A stretch of 64,000 nucleotides of DNA from Octopus sinensis (GCF_006345805.1 NW_021833774.1:12572-76571); one strand, 5' to 3'; shown: positions 12,490 through 42,106, counted from the first letter of the stretch. A program made the numbers and translations. The notes: a model not told the origin generated them from the letters alone.

Positions 12490-13545
12490 TAACAGATAAG
12501 AATAATAATAATGATGTACGACACAGAAACAAATATAATAATATTAAATTATTAAAACAAAAAAATAAATGATATGCAACAAACAAAAACAAATAATAAT
12601 AATAATATAAATTAGTAAACAAATAATAATAATGATATGCAACACAAAAACAAATATAATATAAATTATTAAAACAAATAATAATAATGATATGCAACAC
12701 AAAAACAAATCTAAAATATTAAATTATTAAAACAAATAATAATAATGATATGCAACACAAAAACAAATAATAATAATATTAAATTATTAAAACAAATAAT
12801 AATAATAAATTATTAAAACAAATAATAATAATGATATGCAACACAAAAACAAATAATAATAATATTAAATTATTAAAACAAATAATAATAATGATATGCA
12901 ACACAAAAACAAATAATAATAATAATAATAATAAATTATTAAAACAAATAATAATAATGATATGCAACACAAAAACAAATAATAATAATATTAAATTATT
13001 AAAACAAATAATAATAATGATATGCAACACAAAAACAAATAATAATAATATTAAATTATTAAAACAAATAATAATAATGATATACAACACAAAAACAATA
13101 ATAATAATAATATTAAATTATTAAAACAAATAATAATAATGATATACAACACAAAAACAAATAATAATAATAATATTAAATTATTAAAACAAATAATAAT
13201 AATGATATACAACACAAAAACAAATAATAATAATAATATTAAATTATTAAAACAAATAATAATAATGATATGCAACACAAAAACAAATAATAATAATAAT
13301 ATTAAATTATTAAAACAAATAATAATAATGATATGCAACACAAAAACAAATAATAATAATATTAAATTATTAAAACAAATAATAATAATGATATGCAACA
13401 CAAAAACAAATAATAATAATTAAATTATTAAAACAAATAATAATAATGATATGCAACACAAAAACAAATAATAATAATATTAAATTATTAAAACAAATAA
13501 TAATAATAAATTATTAAAACAAATAATAATAATGATATGCAACAC
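12490..13545. repeat. AT-rich minisatellite, ~60-bp unit
   Basis: tatgcaacacaaaaacaaataataataatattaaattattaaaacaaataataataatga repeats (e.g. at 12961 and 13021). Confidence 0.95.
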
Positions 13546-13679
13546 CAAAACGACTGTACACTTCCGTTAGAATTTGAGACCGACAGATCTTAGTTTTGTT
13601 CCTCTTCTACAGTTCGCTTCTCCATCGCTTCATGATTCCGCTCTCAGCAGAGCTGCTTGAGTCGACATACAAAGATGGT

Positions 13680-14432
13680 GGAAGCACTCACGTCGGTTTC
13701 GACGACGAGGGTTCCGGTTGATCCGATCAACGGAACAGCCTGCTCGTGAAATTAACGTGTAAGTGGCTGAGCACTCCACAGACACGTGCACCCATAACGT
13801 AGGTCTCGGGGATATTCAGCGTGACACAGAGAGTGACAAGGCCGGCCCTTTGAAAATACAGGTACAACAACAGAAACAGGAAGTAAGATTGAGAGAAAGT
13901 TGTGGTGAAAGAGTACAGCAGGGATCACCATCATCCCCTGCCGGAGACTCGTGGAGCTTTAGGTGTTTTCGCTCAATAAACACTCACAACGCCTGGTCTG
14001 GGAATCGAAACCGCGATCCTACGACCGCGAGTCCGCTGCCCTAACCACTGGGCCATTGCGCCTCCACATACAAAGATATAGCCTTGGCAATGCACCACAT
14101 TGTTTATCAGTGTATAGTGGAGGGCGCGTGGCTTAGTGGTTAGGGCATTCGGCTCATGATCGTAAGGTTGTGAGTTCGATTCCCGGCGACGCGTTGTGTC
14201 CTTGAGCAAGACACTGTTATTTCACGTTGCTCCAGTCCACTCAGCGGCAAAAATGAGTTGTACTTGTATTTCAAAAGGGTCAGCCTTGTCACTCTCTGTG
14301 TCACGCTGATTAACCCCGAGAACTACGTTAGGGTACACGTGTCTGGAATGCTCAGCCATTTGCACGTTAATTTACGAGCAGCTGTTCCGTTGATCGTATC
14401 AGCTGGGACCCTCGGCGTCGAACCGGCGGATT
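13680..14432. mobile_element. SINE cluster: family C 3' part (-), family B head (-), family C full copy 14119-14432 (+)
   Basis: 14119-14432 is the reverse complement of 40663-40985; tRNA-like head gggcgcgtggcttagtggttaggg...gagttcgattccc. Confidence 0.8.
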
Positions 14433-14784
14433 CTTTATCAGTGTACTCTGTCAAAAGTTTTTTCTTAGAATTGATAAAGTTGATGACGAACGGTTGCTGG
14501 AATTCTACGCACTGAACCGCAACGTTTTGCAGGACAACAGTTTGGTGCATAATTTTGTTGTCAGGAAGCCTCCTTGCTCTGGCATGAATTCCTCATTCAG
14601 TGCTTCTTTCAAATACTATGATAGAACTGGACAGAAAAACTTACCTGAAACCGAAAGAAAGGTGAGATCACCATTCTTTGATAGCTTAGCTATGACACTC
14701 TTTCCCCAGTCTTCCGTTCTCTTTTCTCAAGAAGTATTATACAATTTGGCTAGCACACGTTCTCTTTTCCCAACAAGTACTCTT

Positions 14785-15185
14785 TACTCTTTTAGTTGTT
14801 TAAGTCATTTGACTGTGGCCATGCTGGAGCACCGCCTTTTAGTCGAGCAAATCGACCCCGGGACTTATTCTTTGTAAGCCCAGTACTTATTCTATCGGTC
14901 TCTTTTGCCGAACCGCTAAGTGACGGGGACGTAAACACACCAGCATCGGTTGCCTAACAATGCTAGGGGGACAAACACACACACACAAATACACACACAT
15001 ACATATATATATATACACATACATATACATATATATGACGGGCTTCTTTCAGTTTCCGTCTACCAAATCCACTCACAAGGCATTGGTCGGCCCGGGGCTA
15101 TAGCAGAAGACACTTGCCCAAGATGCCACGCAGTGGGACTGAACCCGGAACCATGTGGTTCGTAAGCAAGCACAGCCACTCCTGC
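14785..15185 (-). mobile_element. SINE family A, full length
   Basis: Matches the family consensus. Confidence 0.9.
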
Positions 15186-15454
15186 TGTGTATTATACAAT
15201 TTGGTTAACTCTTGCACCACGATCTTTCCTCCATTGTTCAGTAACCCAGCTGAGATCTGATCTAGTCCAAGGATTTCATTGCCCTTAGTTTCTTGTTGAT
15301 GACATCATATCCAATAATGGTTGCACTTATCACACTTATAGCAGAACGTCCAAGCTCGTAAAAGACATTCTTCACTACATTTGATCGGCTGATCGGCTGC
15401 CAGCACCACTACCACAACTCCCATCACGACCACCACTATCACCACCATCACCAG

Positions 15455-15845
15455 CCGTTCAAGAATTTGGACCCGGAGATCTCCATTTCCAGCGACTTCG
15501 AGGGCCACCTCCCAGTGGTGTCGGGCTTCAACGAAGAGCCCTCGACTACAACAAGACGACCAAAGATTTCTTTCCAAGGTCTGGGGTCTTCCGCCCCCTA
15601 AGCCCTAGACCATCACCTAATCACCCTTAACGTCTTGTTGGTTAACAACAGCAGCCGTCCAAGAATTTGTACCTGGAGGTCTCCATTTCCAGCGACTTCG
15701 AGGGCCACCTTCCAGTGGTGTCGGGCGTCAACGAAGAGCCCTCGACTACAGCAAGACGACCAAAGGTTTTTTTTTCCAAGGTCTGGGGTCTCCCGCTCCT
15801 AAGCCCTAGACCACCACCTAATCACCCTTACCCGCATGTTGCTTA
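15455..15845. repeat. Tandem duplication of a 200-bp GC-richer unit
   Basis: ccgt(t/c)caagaattt starts at 15455 and 15655. Confidence 0.9.
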
Positions 15846-16455
15846 ACAACAACAACAACCATCACCAATACCACAAATAAAATTCCCCCAATTATAGTAA
15901 AATGTATTCATTTTAACAACCAGCTGGACGGCTTCATTATAAAATTATAAAATGTCGGGCTTTATTCATAAACGACAGTGTGACTTCAGCTAATTCTGGA
16001 GGAACAATTTACACAAATGATTTGTGTATAGTGATCAATTGTATGCAATGTCCATTAGCTCACATCCTCTAACTAATCGACGTTGAAGGATAGGGGAACT
16101 GTGTACAACATATGAAGAAGCGAAATGGCCTCGGTACAGCGGGATGTAAAATGCTTTGCTCAAGAACACATCCCACGCTGTGCGTTGTCTCTAACCAAAA
16201 GGCCACGCAGTATTACTCATAGTAAAATATTAACAATAGTACAGCAATGCGGGGCGCAATGTGCAAAACAATTACTTTCCGGTTCGCTGTTCACACGGCC
16301 ATTTTATTTTTGCAACTGGTTTAACAGGTTAAAAAGAAATAAAGATTGTACAGGTGTGCAACGTCACAGTTTGCACAGGCCTTCGGCTGATGGTTCCCTT
16401 TATCTGGACAAAGGTGTTCTTCAGCAAGTATTGACCAAAAAAATAAAATTTAAAA

Positions 16456-16498
<43 letters not shown>

Positions 16499-16519
16499 TA
16501 TTAATTATTATTATTATTA

Positions 16520-19500
16520 TTACTTTTTTTTTCTTCTTTCAAATTTTCTTCCATTTCTTGCCGAGTGTCTTCCCGACTCCTAGGGCAAAGAAACTCATAG
16601 TGTATATTGGTAGGCCATTAAACCAAACTCAGTAGTTCGTTCATTTTTTTTTTTTTTAATTTTTTTTTTAAAGTTAAATTAAAATGCCTGAGCAGCAACA
16701 GTTCTCACATCGACAATGCTCTTCTCAATACGTGTGATGTACCAGTTAAGACAATCTTTTGCACTTCTTGCAGGGATGGTAAGCCAGGGATCATTCTCAT
16801 ATAATTTTCGGTTCCCTTCTTGATCATTCCTAGTGCTCCTACGATCACTGGTATTGTAACCGCCTTGAGATGCCACATTTTCTCAATTTCAATGAGTAGG
16901 TCTTTATATTTTCTGAGCTTGTCAAACTCTTTCGCTGAGATATGATCACAGGGGATGCTCATGTCGATCAATAAGCAAACTTTATTGTTTTGGTCTTTCA
17001 CAACAATATCTGGTTTATTGGTCTTGATGGTTCGGTCTGTATGTACTGGAAAGTCCCACAGAATGGTTACATTTTCTCCTTCAGTTACAGCCTCAGGGTG
17101 GTGATTATACCACTTGTCGGCAGTTTTGATATTGTAATGCCGACTTATTAGCCAGTGGAGATATTGGCCAACTCTGTCATGTCTTAATTTATACTCCACT
17201 GGTGCTAAGACTTTACATCCAGAGATTAGGTGGTCCACTGTTTCAATCATGTCGTTGCAGAATCGGCATTTTGGGTCTGCTCCATTTTTCATCACATTGG
17301 CCTGGTAGTTCCGGGTTGATAGGCTTTGGTCTTGAGCAGCCAGGATGAAACCTTCGCTCTCTGCTTTTAGCCCTGAGCTCCGCAGCCACTGATGGGTTTG
17401 CTTCTGGTCAACATCAGCTTGTTTGCTGCGGGTCACATATTTGCCGTGCAGAGGTTTCTCCTCCCACCTATCAGCCAATTGCTCGTGCGCTTTTTTCATT
17501 GCCATCATTTTCACCTTCTTTGCAACAATAGTTGCCGTACTTCCCTCGGGTTGTTCAGTTTGGGTATCCTGCACGAGATCAATAGCAAATTTTTTGCTTT
17601 CCTTGATGATAGAATGAAGCTTCTTTCGTCTCTCGTGATTTTCCACGAGCTTTAGCATCCAGTCATTCGATATTTCGAGATATTTGGCCAGTCCAATTGT
17701 GGTTGTTTTGTAAGCTAGTTCAAATTGGATCAGGCCTCGACCTCCTTGGGCTCTGGGAAGGTAAAGGCAATCTACGTCTGCCTTTGGGTGGTGCATCCTA
17801 TTACAACTCAGCAGCTTGCGTATTTTTCTATCTATATTCTTTACTTCACTCATATTCCAGTTCAACACATTGTAGCTATAAGTAACAACTGGAACTGCTA
17901 GGGAATTTATAGCTAACACCTTGTTACGTGCATTTAGTTCAGATTTCAGGACTGCACGAACTCTCCTATAACATTCCTTCCTGATTTTCTCTTTCATGCT
18001 TGCATGCTGAATACCAGAGCCTTCATTTATCCCTAAATATTTGTATGTTTGTTCTTGCTCAAGCTCTCTTATGACTGTGTCAACATCTAACACGACTGAA
18101 TTTGTGGTCTTCACTTTCCCTTTCTGGAAAGTGGCCTTGGCACACTTCTCAAGTCCAAACTCCATCCCGATGTCATCGCTGAATGATTTCACGGTGCGCA
18201 ATAGGCCTTCAAGTTCATTATTGTCTTTACCATAAAGTTTTAAGTCATCCATATAAAATAGATGGCTTATTTTTTTATTGGCAATTTTATACCCATACCT
18301 TGTTCTGTTTAATTCACTTGTAAGGGGTATTAGGGCTATGCAGAATATTAAAGGTGAAAGTGAGTCACCTTGAAAAATTCCACAGTTGATGTTTATATTT
18401 TCTGAGGCAAGTACTCCATTAGAGTGGTATAATTGGAGATTCGTATTCCACAACGACATATTGTGCTTCAGGAAGTTTGAAATCACAGGGGAAATTTTGA
18501 AGATGTCCAGCGATCTCAAGATCCATGGATGCGGTATACTGTCGAAGGCCTTTTTATAGTCAATCCATGCGGTGCTGAGATTTCTGCGCTTGTTGTGACA
18601 GTTCTCAAGGATCATACGATTGATTAGCAGTTGATCTACGATTGATTAGCCTTTCTTAGGTCTGCTATTGTGATGTCTTCCCATGCTTGTTGTTGTAAAT
18701 TTTGGTAGGATCCTTCAGTTTGTATAATCCAGTCTGCATTTATGTTGTACGTCTTCTTGTCACTCCAAATCCTTTTCCAAAAGTTTTGAACTTCTTCCAT
18801 GGGAGGGGGGTCTTTAACGGTTACTTTCTCCTTCCCTATTTCTCTGTAGAATTTTTTGGCATTGGATGTGAACAGCTTATTTTGCTTGTAAAACTTGTTT
18901 CTCTTCTCAAATCTTCGTATTCTTTGGGCTTTTGCTTGGACTTTTTGTTTCAGCGTTTCTTTTATTGATATCAGTTCTTCTCTTGGTGAGGATCCAAATT
19001 TTCTCTTCATCTTTCTTCCTGTTCTGGATCTTACATTATTTCCACATATTAGTTCATTTAATATTGATATTTCCCCTCTCATAAATTCAATCTCTTTTTC
19101 AATTTTACTTCTCCAGGTTTGATTTCTTCCCAGGTTTTGTTTTCTTTGTTTTTTCGGGGGCATACAGCTGGTTTCAATTGCCCTAGCAGAAGCGTAAATA
19201 ATTTCATTTAACTCAGTAAAATCAGGTTTTAATTCTCGTATTATTTCATTTGTTACATAGTTGCCAATTTGGATTTGTTTTTTATTTTGGTTTGTATTTG
19301 AGAGTTTATGAAGCGGTTCTCTATCATTCATACTTGTATGTCTTACAACTTCAAGCGTATTCAGGATTTTCTGCCTCATTTCTGCTATAGACTCTCTGTG
19401 TTCTTCAGCAAATGCGAGATCTTCAGTTACTGTTGTTTTTTCGTTTTCCTGGCTATCTTTAACAGGTACAATAGAATTTCTTGTATCTTCAGGCCTTTGC

Positions 19501-20170
19501 GTACTTTGGTCAGATGGCAGTCTTTCAATTAAGCCTCGTGGCGGGCTATACTGTTCATCTGATTCTTCATTTCCTTTGTGTCTTATATTATGTCATTTTC
19601 CGTTGCGTGTTTGATCGCGCTTATTTCACTGTCTGTGAGTCTGTTATTTCTAAAGATATCCCTCCTCACATTTGCTAATTTGTTCTCGTCCAAATAGGGC
19701 CTACTGTCTTGATTCCGTGTTCTCCATATACTGTAAGAGTTTGCGGTGTGTCTCTCTTGAGATGGCCTACCTAATGCATAGTAATAAGCGTATATTACTT
19801 CTTTATACTCTTCTCGGGTCCATTTGTCCCGCTTACATTTTTCTTTCTGTGGTGGTTGTGGTGGTGAACTTGGAGGGCTCGAGTTGGGGGATTTCCCGTT
19901 GAAGTGACCATCCATATCCGTATTCGGAGAAGAGTTTGTGCCAGTTGATGACTTTTCGATCCCAGGCTGGCTCTTCCCTGGGGGACGCGCTTCCAGATTA
20001 ACCATAGGACAAGCGATTTGGTATACTGATTTAGTTTTCCATTTAGTTTCCAAAAACATTTTGGTGCTACGATAATGTTATCATTTTTTTAGCTTTGATT
20101 GGCTCGTGGGGAGACGGCCATCATTGCCGTTACAATTATAATCGTACCATTATAGTAGCCGTAGTCGGCT
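16520..20170 (-). mobile_element. R4/Dong-clade RLE non-LTR retrotransposon (element A), near full length, with an internal deletion and stops
   Basis: N-terminal RxKWTxEE...LDxNKLAN region; RT motifs IDYKKAFDS, QGDSLSP, YMDD; CCHC knuckle; PD..D..P..K RLE (636-aa ORF 16705-18615); 3' end runs into (TAA)n on its own strand. Confidence 0.92.
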
Positions 20171-20289
20171 TATTATTGTAATTATCATCACCATTACCAT
20201 CACTATCATCATTATCACCACCATTACCATCATCATTATCATCATCACCATCATCATCACCATCACCACCATCATCATCAATGATATTG

Positions 20290-21255
<966 letters not shown>

Positions 21256-22456
21256 TAGGATGCATCACCCAAAATCTGACATAGAAAGACTATATATACA
21301 ACGTATAGAAGGTGGTAGAGGCCTTATACAGCTGGAAAACTACTATAAATAACCACCATAGGACTGCAAAAATACCTACTTCAGAAGTAAGGAAAACTGA
21401 TCCAGATAGCAGCAAAACACGAGCAAAACAAAAAACTGTTCTCAGTATTTAAGGAAGCTGACAAATACAAACAAGAAATCATACCACCTAATAAACACGA
21501 AGAAGAAGAAGAAGATGAAGAAACAACAAAAGCTATAAAACAAATGAAATCCAAGCTAAAAATTGAACAGCAACGAACAATGATAAAACGATGGCAAGAA
21601 AAACCCCTTCATGGTAAATACTGCACTAAACTAAACGCAAAAGAAATAGACAAAGAAAAATCCCAGCAATGGTTGAGAAGCTCAGGACTCAAAGCAGAAA
21701 CAGAGGGATTTTTAATTGCAGCACAAGACCAAAGCGTCCCCACCAGAAATTACCAAAAACATGTAATGAAAAGAAATATTACAAGTAAGTGCAGAATATG
21801 TGGAGATGGACAAGAAACAATAAATCATATTATCTCTGGCTGCCCAGTCCTGGCTAAGAAGGAATATATTCACAGACATGACAGGGTTGGAACCTACATA
21901 CATTGGAAGCTATGCCAACATTATGGAATAACAACAGAAAAAAGATGGTATAGGCACACACCAGAAAAGGTCACAGAAAACGAGAAAGCAACCATACTCT
22001 GGGATATGCCGATACACACAGATAGAGAAATTAAGGCCAACAGACCAGATATAGTTGTCAGAGATCATGAAGAAAAAAAATGCTTTCTAATTGATGTATC
22101 AATACCAGCAGATGACAAGGTGTCTCTAAAAGAAATGGAGAAACTCTCAAAATACAAAGACCTGGAAATAGAGGTAACTAGAATGTGGAATCTGAAAACA
22201 GAAACAATTCCTATCATAGTAGGTGCATTAGGCATGATAAAAAAATATTCAGACAAATACATAACAAAAACACCAGGACTTACAAACACATATAACATAC
22301 AGAAAATTGCACTACTAAGCACTGCACACATCCTACGCAGAACACTTTCCATACAATAACCATCAGAGCATCACAACAAATCACAGCACATACCCAAGGC
22401 ACACAGAGCTGCGCTCGGTAGTGAAGTGAAAGCACGCTATAAAAATAGAACTACTG
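21256..22456 (+). mobile_element. 5'-truncated R4/Dong-clade element B, copy 1
   Basis: RMHHPKSD...CRIC..H..C...RPDIVV..IDVSIP; stop at 22359; 3'UTR ends actactg(aat)n. Confidence 0.92.
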
Positions 22457-22496
22457 AATAATAATAATAATAATAATAATATAATAATAATAATAA

Positions 22497-24384
22497 GTAG
22501 CACCAACAATTATAAAATTCATAGGACACTCTATGAATAAATGGCAAACAGTGCTACAGCTCCAAACAAAAGAGAGACTCATGAAAACCAAAGCCATCCC
22601 CATTAGAAGAGGAATATTCCAGGGAGACACGCTCTCCCCACTCCTTTTCTGCTTGGCACTGTCACCTCTATCTGATATGCTAAATAGAACTGGATGCGGA
22701 TATAAATGTTACGGCAAAACGATCAGCCACCTTTTATATATGGATGACCTAAAATTATACGCTGCAAATGACAAACAGCTGGAAACACTATTAAAGACAG
22801 TTCATGGATTTACCAAAGAAATAGATATGAAATTTGGATTAGAAAAATGCGCCAAAGTAACCCTGAAAAGAGGAAAACTAGTTAAGAGTAGCAACATCAC
22901 ACTAGATAAACCAATGAAATAAAAGAATTAGACCAAAGCCAAACTTACAAATACTTAGGAACCCATGAACTAGATAAGACACAACACACACAAATGAAAG
23001 AAAATAAAAAAAGAATATTATAGACGAGTTAGATCAATACTAAAAACAGAGCTCAATGCTAAAAACAAGATAATAGGTATTAACACTTTAGCTGTCCCAG
23101 TTATAGGTTACAGCTACAATATCCTTAACTGGACACTAAATGAACTGACCAAAATAGATAGGAAAACAAGAAAAATAATGACAGGATCTAGGATGCATCA
23201 CCCAAAATCTGACATAGAAAGACTATATATACAACGTATAGAAGGTGGTAGAGGCCTTATACAGCTGGAAAACTACTATAAAATAACCACCATAGGACTG
23301 CAAAATATCTACTTCAGAAGGAAGGAAAACTGATACAAATAGCAGCAAAACACGAGCAAAACAAAAAACTGTTCTCGGTATTTAAGGAAGCTGACAAATA
23401 CAAACAAGAAATCATACCACCTAACAAATATGAAGAAGAAGAAGAAGATGAAGAAACAACAAAAGCTGTAAACCAAATGAAATCCAAACTAAAATTGGAA
23501 CAGCAAAGAACCATGATAAAACGATGGCAAGAAAAGCCCCTTCATGGTAAATACTGCACTAAACTAAACGCAAAAGAAATAGACAAAGAAAAATCCCAGC
23601 AATGGTTGAGAAGCTCAGGACTCAAAGCAGAAACAGAGGGATTTTTAATTGCAGCACAAGACCAAAGCGTCCCCACCAGAAATTACCAAAAACATGTAAT
23701 GAAAAGAAATATAACAAGTAACTGCAGAATATGTGGAGATGGACAAGAAGCAATAAATCATATTATCTCTGGCTGCCCAGTCCTGGCTAAGAAGGAATAT
23801 ATTCACAGACATGACAGGGTTGGAACCTACATACATTGGAAGCTATGCCAACATTATGGAATAACAACAGAAAAAAGATGGTATAAGCACACACCAGAAA
23901 AGGTCACAGAAAACGAGAAAGCAACCATACTCTGGGATATGCTGATACACACAGAGAAATTAAGGCCAACAGACCAGATATAGTTGTCAGAGATCATGAA
24001 GAAAAAAAATGCTTTCTAATTGATGTATCAATACCGGCAGATGACAACGTGTCTCTAAAAGAAATGGAGAAACTTTCAAAATACAAAGACCTGGAAATAG
24101 AGGTAACCAGAATGTGGAATCTAAAAACAGAAACAATTCCTATCATAGTAGGGGCATTAGGCATGATAAAAAATATTCAGACAAATACATAACAAAAACA
24201 TCAGGACTTACAAATATATACAACATACAGAAAATTGCACTACTAGGCACTGCACACATCCTACGCAGAACACTTTCCATACAATAACCATCAGAGCATC
24301 ACAACAAATCACAGCACATACCCAAGGCACACAGAGCTGTGCTCGGTAGTGAAGTGAAAGCACGCTATAAAAATAAAACTACTG
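22497..24384 (+). mobile_element. 5'-truncated R4/Dong-clade element B, copy 2 (longer, frameshifted)
   Basis: QGDTLSP and YMDD motifs; nearly identical to copy 1 over the shared 1.2 kb; same actactg(aat)n end. Confidence 0.92.
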
Positions 24385-24403
24385 AATAATAATAATAATA
24401 TCA

Positions 24404-24476
<73 letters not shown>

Positions 24477-24632
24477 CATTATTATTATTTCTTTAGTGCC
24501 CACAGGAGGCTAAACATAGAGGGGACAAACAAGGAAAGACGATTGGATTAAGTCGATTGCATCGACCCCAGTGATTAACTGGTACTTATATAATCGACCC
24601 CAAAATAACAATAATAATAATAATAATAATAA

Positions 24633-24688
<56 letters not shown>

Positions 24689-24806
24689 ATAATGATAATA
24701 ATAATAATAATAAAAATAATAATAATAATGATAATAATAATAATAATAAAAATAATAATAATAATGATAATAATAATGATGATAATAATAATAATAATAA
24801 TAATAA

Positions 24807-24865
<59 letters not shown>

Positions 24866-24995
24866 AGAAGAAGAAGAAGAGAAGAAGAAGAAGAGGAAGA
24901 AGAAGTAGAATGATAATAATAATGATAATAATAATGATAATAATAATGATAATAATAATGATAATGATAACAATAATAACAATAATAAAAATCCT
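24385..24995. repeat. Compound trinucleotide microsatellite (AAT/TTA, AGT, AAG) with a SINE-D fragment at 24490-24600
   Basis: Direct reading. Confidence 0.9.
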
Positions 24996-25299
24996 TTCTG
25001 CTGGAAGCACAAGACCTCAAATTTGGGGGAAGAGATTAACTCGATTGCATAGACCTCAATGCGTGACTGGTACTTAATTTATCGACCTCTGAAACGATGA
25101 AAGGCAAAATCGATTTCGGCGGAATTGGAGCTCATTATGCAGCGGCAGACGAAATACCGCTAAACTTTTAGTCCGGCGTGTTAATGATCTGCCAGTTCGC
25201 AGTAAGTGGTACTTGTTTAATCGACCCCGAAAGGATGAAAGGCAACGTCCACCGCGGTTATAAGAAATGCTACTAACGATTCTGCCACCTCCTTGTTTT

Positions 25300-26185
25300 T
25301 TCTAATAACTCTTTCTAATTTTGGCACAAAGCCAGCAATTCTGGATGGGATCAACTACGACTCGTTTTAACGACCCCGAAAGGACGAAAGGCAAAAATCG
25401 ACCTTAGCTAAATTCGAACCCAGAACGTAAATCTGCTGACGATTCTGCCACCTTTCCGCCTTTCTTATTTTGATACAAAGCCAGCAATTTTGAGGGGGTG
25501 GGGAAGTCAATTACATCGACCCCAGGGCTCAACTACGACTCGTTTTAACGACCCCGAAAGGACGAAAAGCAAAATCGACCTCAGCTAAATTCGAACCCAG
25601 AACGTAAACCTTCTGACGATTCTGCCACCTTTCCGCCTTTCTTATTTTGATACAAAGCCAGCAATTTTGAGGGGGTGGGGAAGTCAATTAGATCGACCCC
25701 AGGGCTCAACTACGACTCGTTTTAACGACCCCGAAAGGACGAAAAGCAAAATCGACCTCAGCTAAATTCGAACCCAGAACGTAAACCTGCTGACGATTCT
25801 GCCACCTTTCCGCTTTTCTTATTTTGATACAAAGCCAGCAATTTTGAGGGGATGGGGAAGTCAATTACATCGACCCCAGTGCTCAAGTGTGACTCGTTTT
25901 AACGACCCCGAAAGGACGAAAGGCAAAATCGACCTCAGCTAAATTCGAACCCAGAACGTAAACCTGCTGACGATTCTGCCACCTTTCCACCTTTCTAATA
26001 ACTTTTTCTAATTTTGATACAAACTCCGCAATTTTGAGGGGATGGGGAAGTCAATTACATCGAACCCAGTGCCCAACTACGACTCGCTTTAACGACCCCG
26101 AAAGGACGAAAGGCAAAATCGACCTCAGCTAAATTCGAACCCAGAACGTAAACTTGCTGACGATTCTGCCACCTTTCCGCCTTTC
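25300..26185. repeat. SINE-D-derived tandem array, 177-bp unit, ~5 copies
   Basis: tgatacaaa starts at 25471, 25648, 25825 and 26015; the unit contains tcgacccc...cgaccccgaaaggacgaaaggcaaaatcgacctc, the SINE-D core. Confidence 0.9.
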
Positions 26186-26610
26186 TAATAATGATAATAT
26201 TTCTGCTCTAAGCACAAAGCTGTATTAATAATACTAGTGATGTCGATGATGATGCTTTTCTGGTTATTCACCAAGGCTTGGCGGACGCAACTTGGCGAGT
26301 CTGCTACAGGAGGAAGCAAGATTCCATAGATCAAATTTTGATTGAATACATCAGTAGAACCCCACACCCAGAAAAATGTTATAAGTATACAAATATAAGA
26401 GGAAAATTTAAAAAGGAAAAAGAAAATTGACGCTGGTGGGAAAGAATGAGAAAAGAAGAGAAATAATGAGAAAAGAAGAGAAAGAATGAGAAAGGAAGAG
26501 AAAGAATGGAGGAGAAAATCTGGACTGACGCCTTTTATTATTCTAAAGAATAAATAAACTTTTGAAATTCTATTTTTGTCTTTTCTATTTAATAAACTGT
26601 GTTTCATCAA

Positions 26611-26861
26611 CCAATCAGATTTCGATATATTTTCGTCATTGATTAATCATCCTCCTTATCATATGAATGCGATAATACAATTTGATTGTTATGGCTCTTT
26701 GTTACCCCCAGGAGACCATATCCTGTTACATGGTGTTTCTCGGAAAAGCTTTCGTTATATAAAGGTGTGAGACTCGGGGAAGATTGTCAAACGATCAACT
26801 TTGGATCGCGAGCTGCTGTCTGAATTTTATCGTTTACGAAGAGACGAAAATATTTCCAACC
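26611..26861 (+). promoter_or_regulatory. Promoter/5'UTR cassette B (CCAAT 26611, TATATAAA 26756-26763)
   Basis: 26745-26850 matches 631-736 at 105/106 nt; TATA lies 106 nt before the ATG. Confidence 0.7.
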
Positions 26862-41949
<15,088 letters not shown>

Positions 41950-42100
41950 ACTTCACCGTTTTGAATGAAAAATGGAATTTCTTAAATCAATTTTGATAGT
42001 GCCGTTCAAAAGGAAAAGATCCGAAAAATTTTATAAAGCATTGACAATCAATTATCATCCTCTTGGATAATTTTATGTCATTTAAACGAATTTTTCATGT

Positions 42101-42106
42101 AATAAA
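42101..42106 (+). promoter_or_regulatory. Candidate polyadenylation signal of the VWA/chitin-binding gene
   Basis: AATAAA about 150 nt after the stop codon. Confidence 0.5.

Noticed and set aside
12490-13545. Periodic ORFs (MICNTKTNNN.. / MLHIIIIICF..)
   Set aside because: Artefact of the 60-bp AT-rich minisatellite.
14469-14661. Possible exon 2 of cassette A (RKPPCSGM resembles QKPLYSGL)
   Set aside because: No other similarity to exon 2, wrong length, and the phase is incompatible with exon 1A.
17392-19902. Plus-strand ORFs overlapping element A
   Set aside because: Antisense shadows of the retrotransposon ORF with no independent features.
24510-25077. Poly-N/S/K/R and poly-L/F/Y ORFs
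   Set aside because: Translations of a compound trinucleotide microsatellite.
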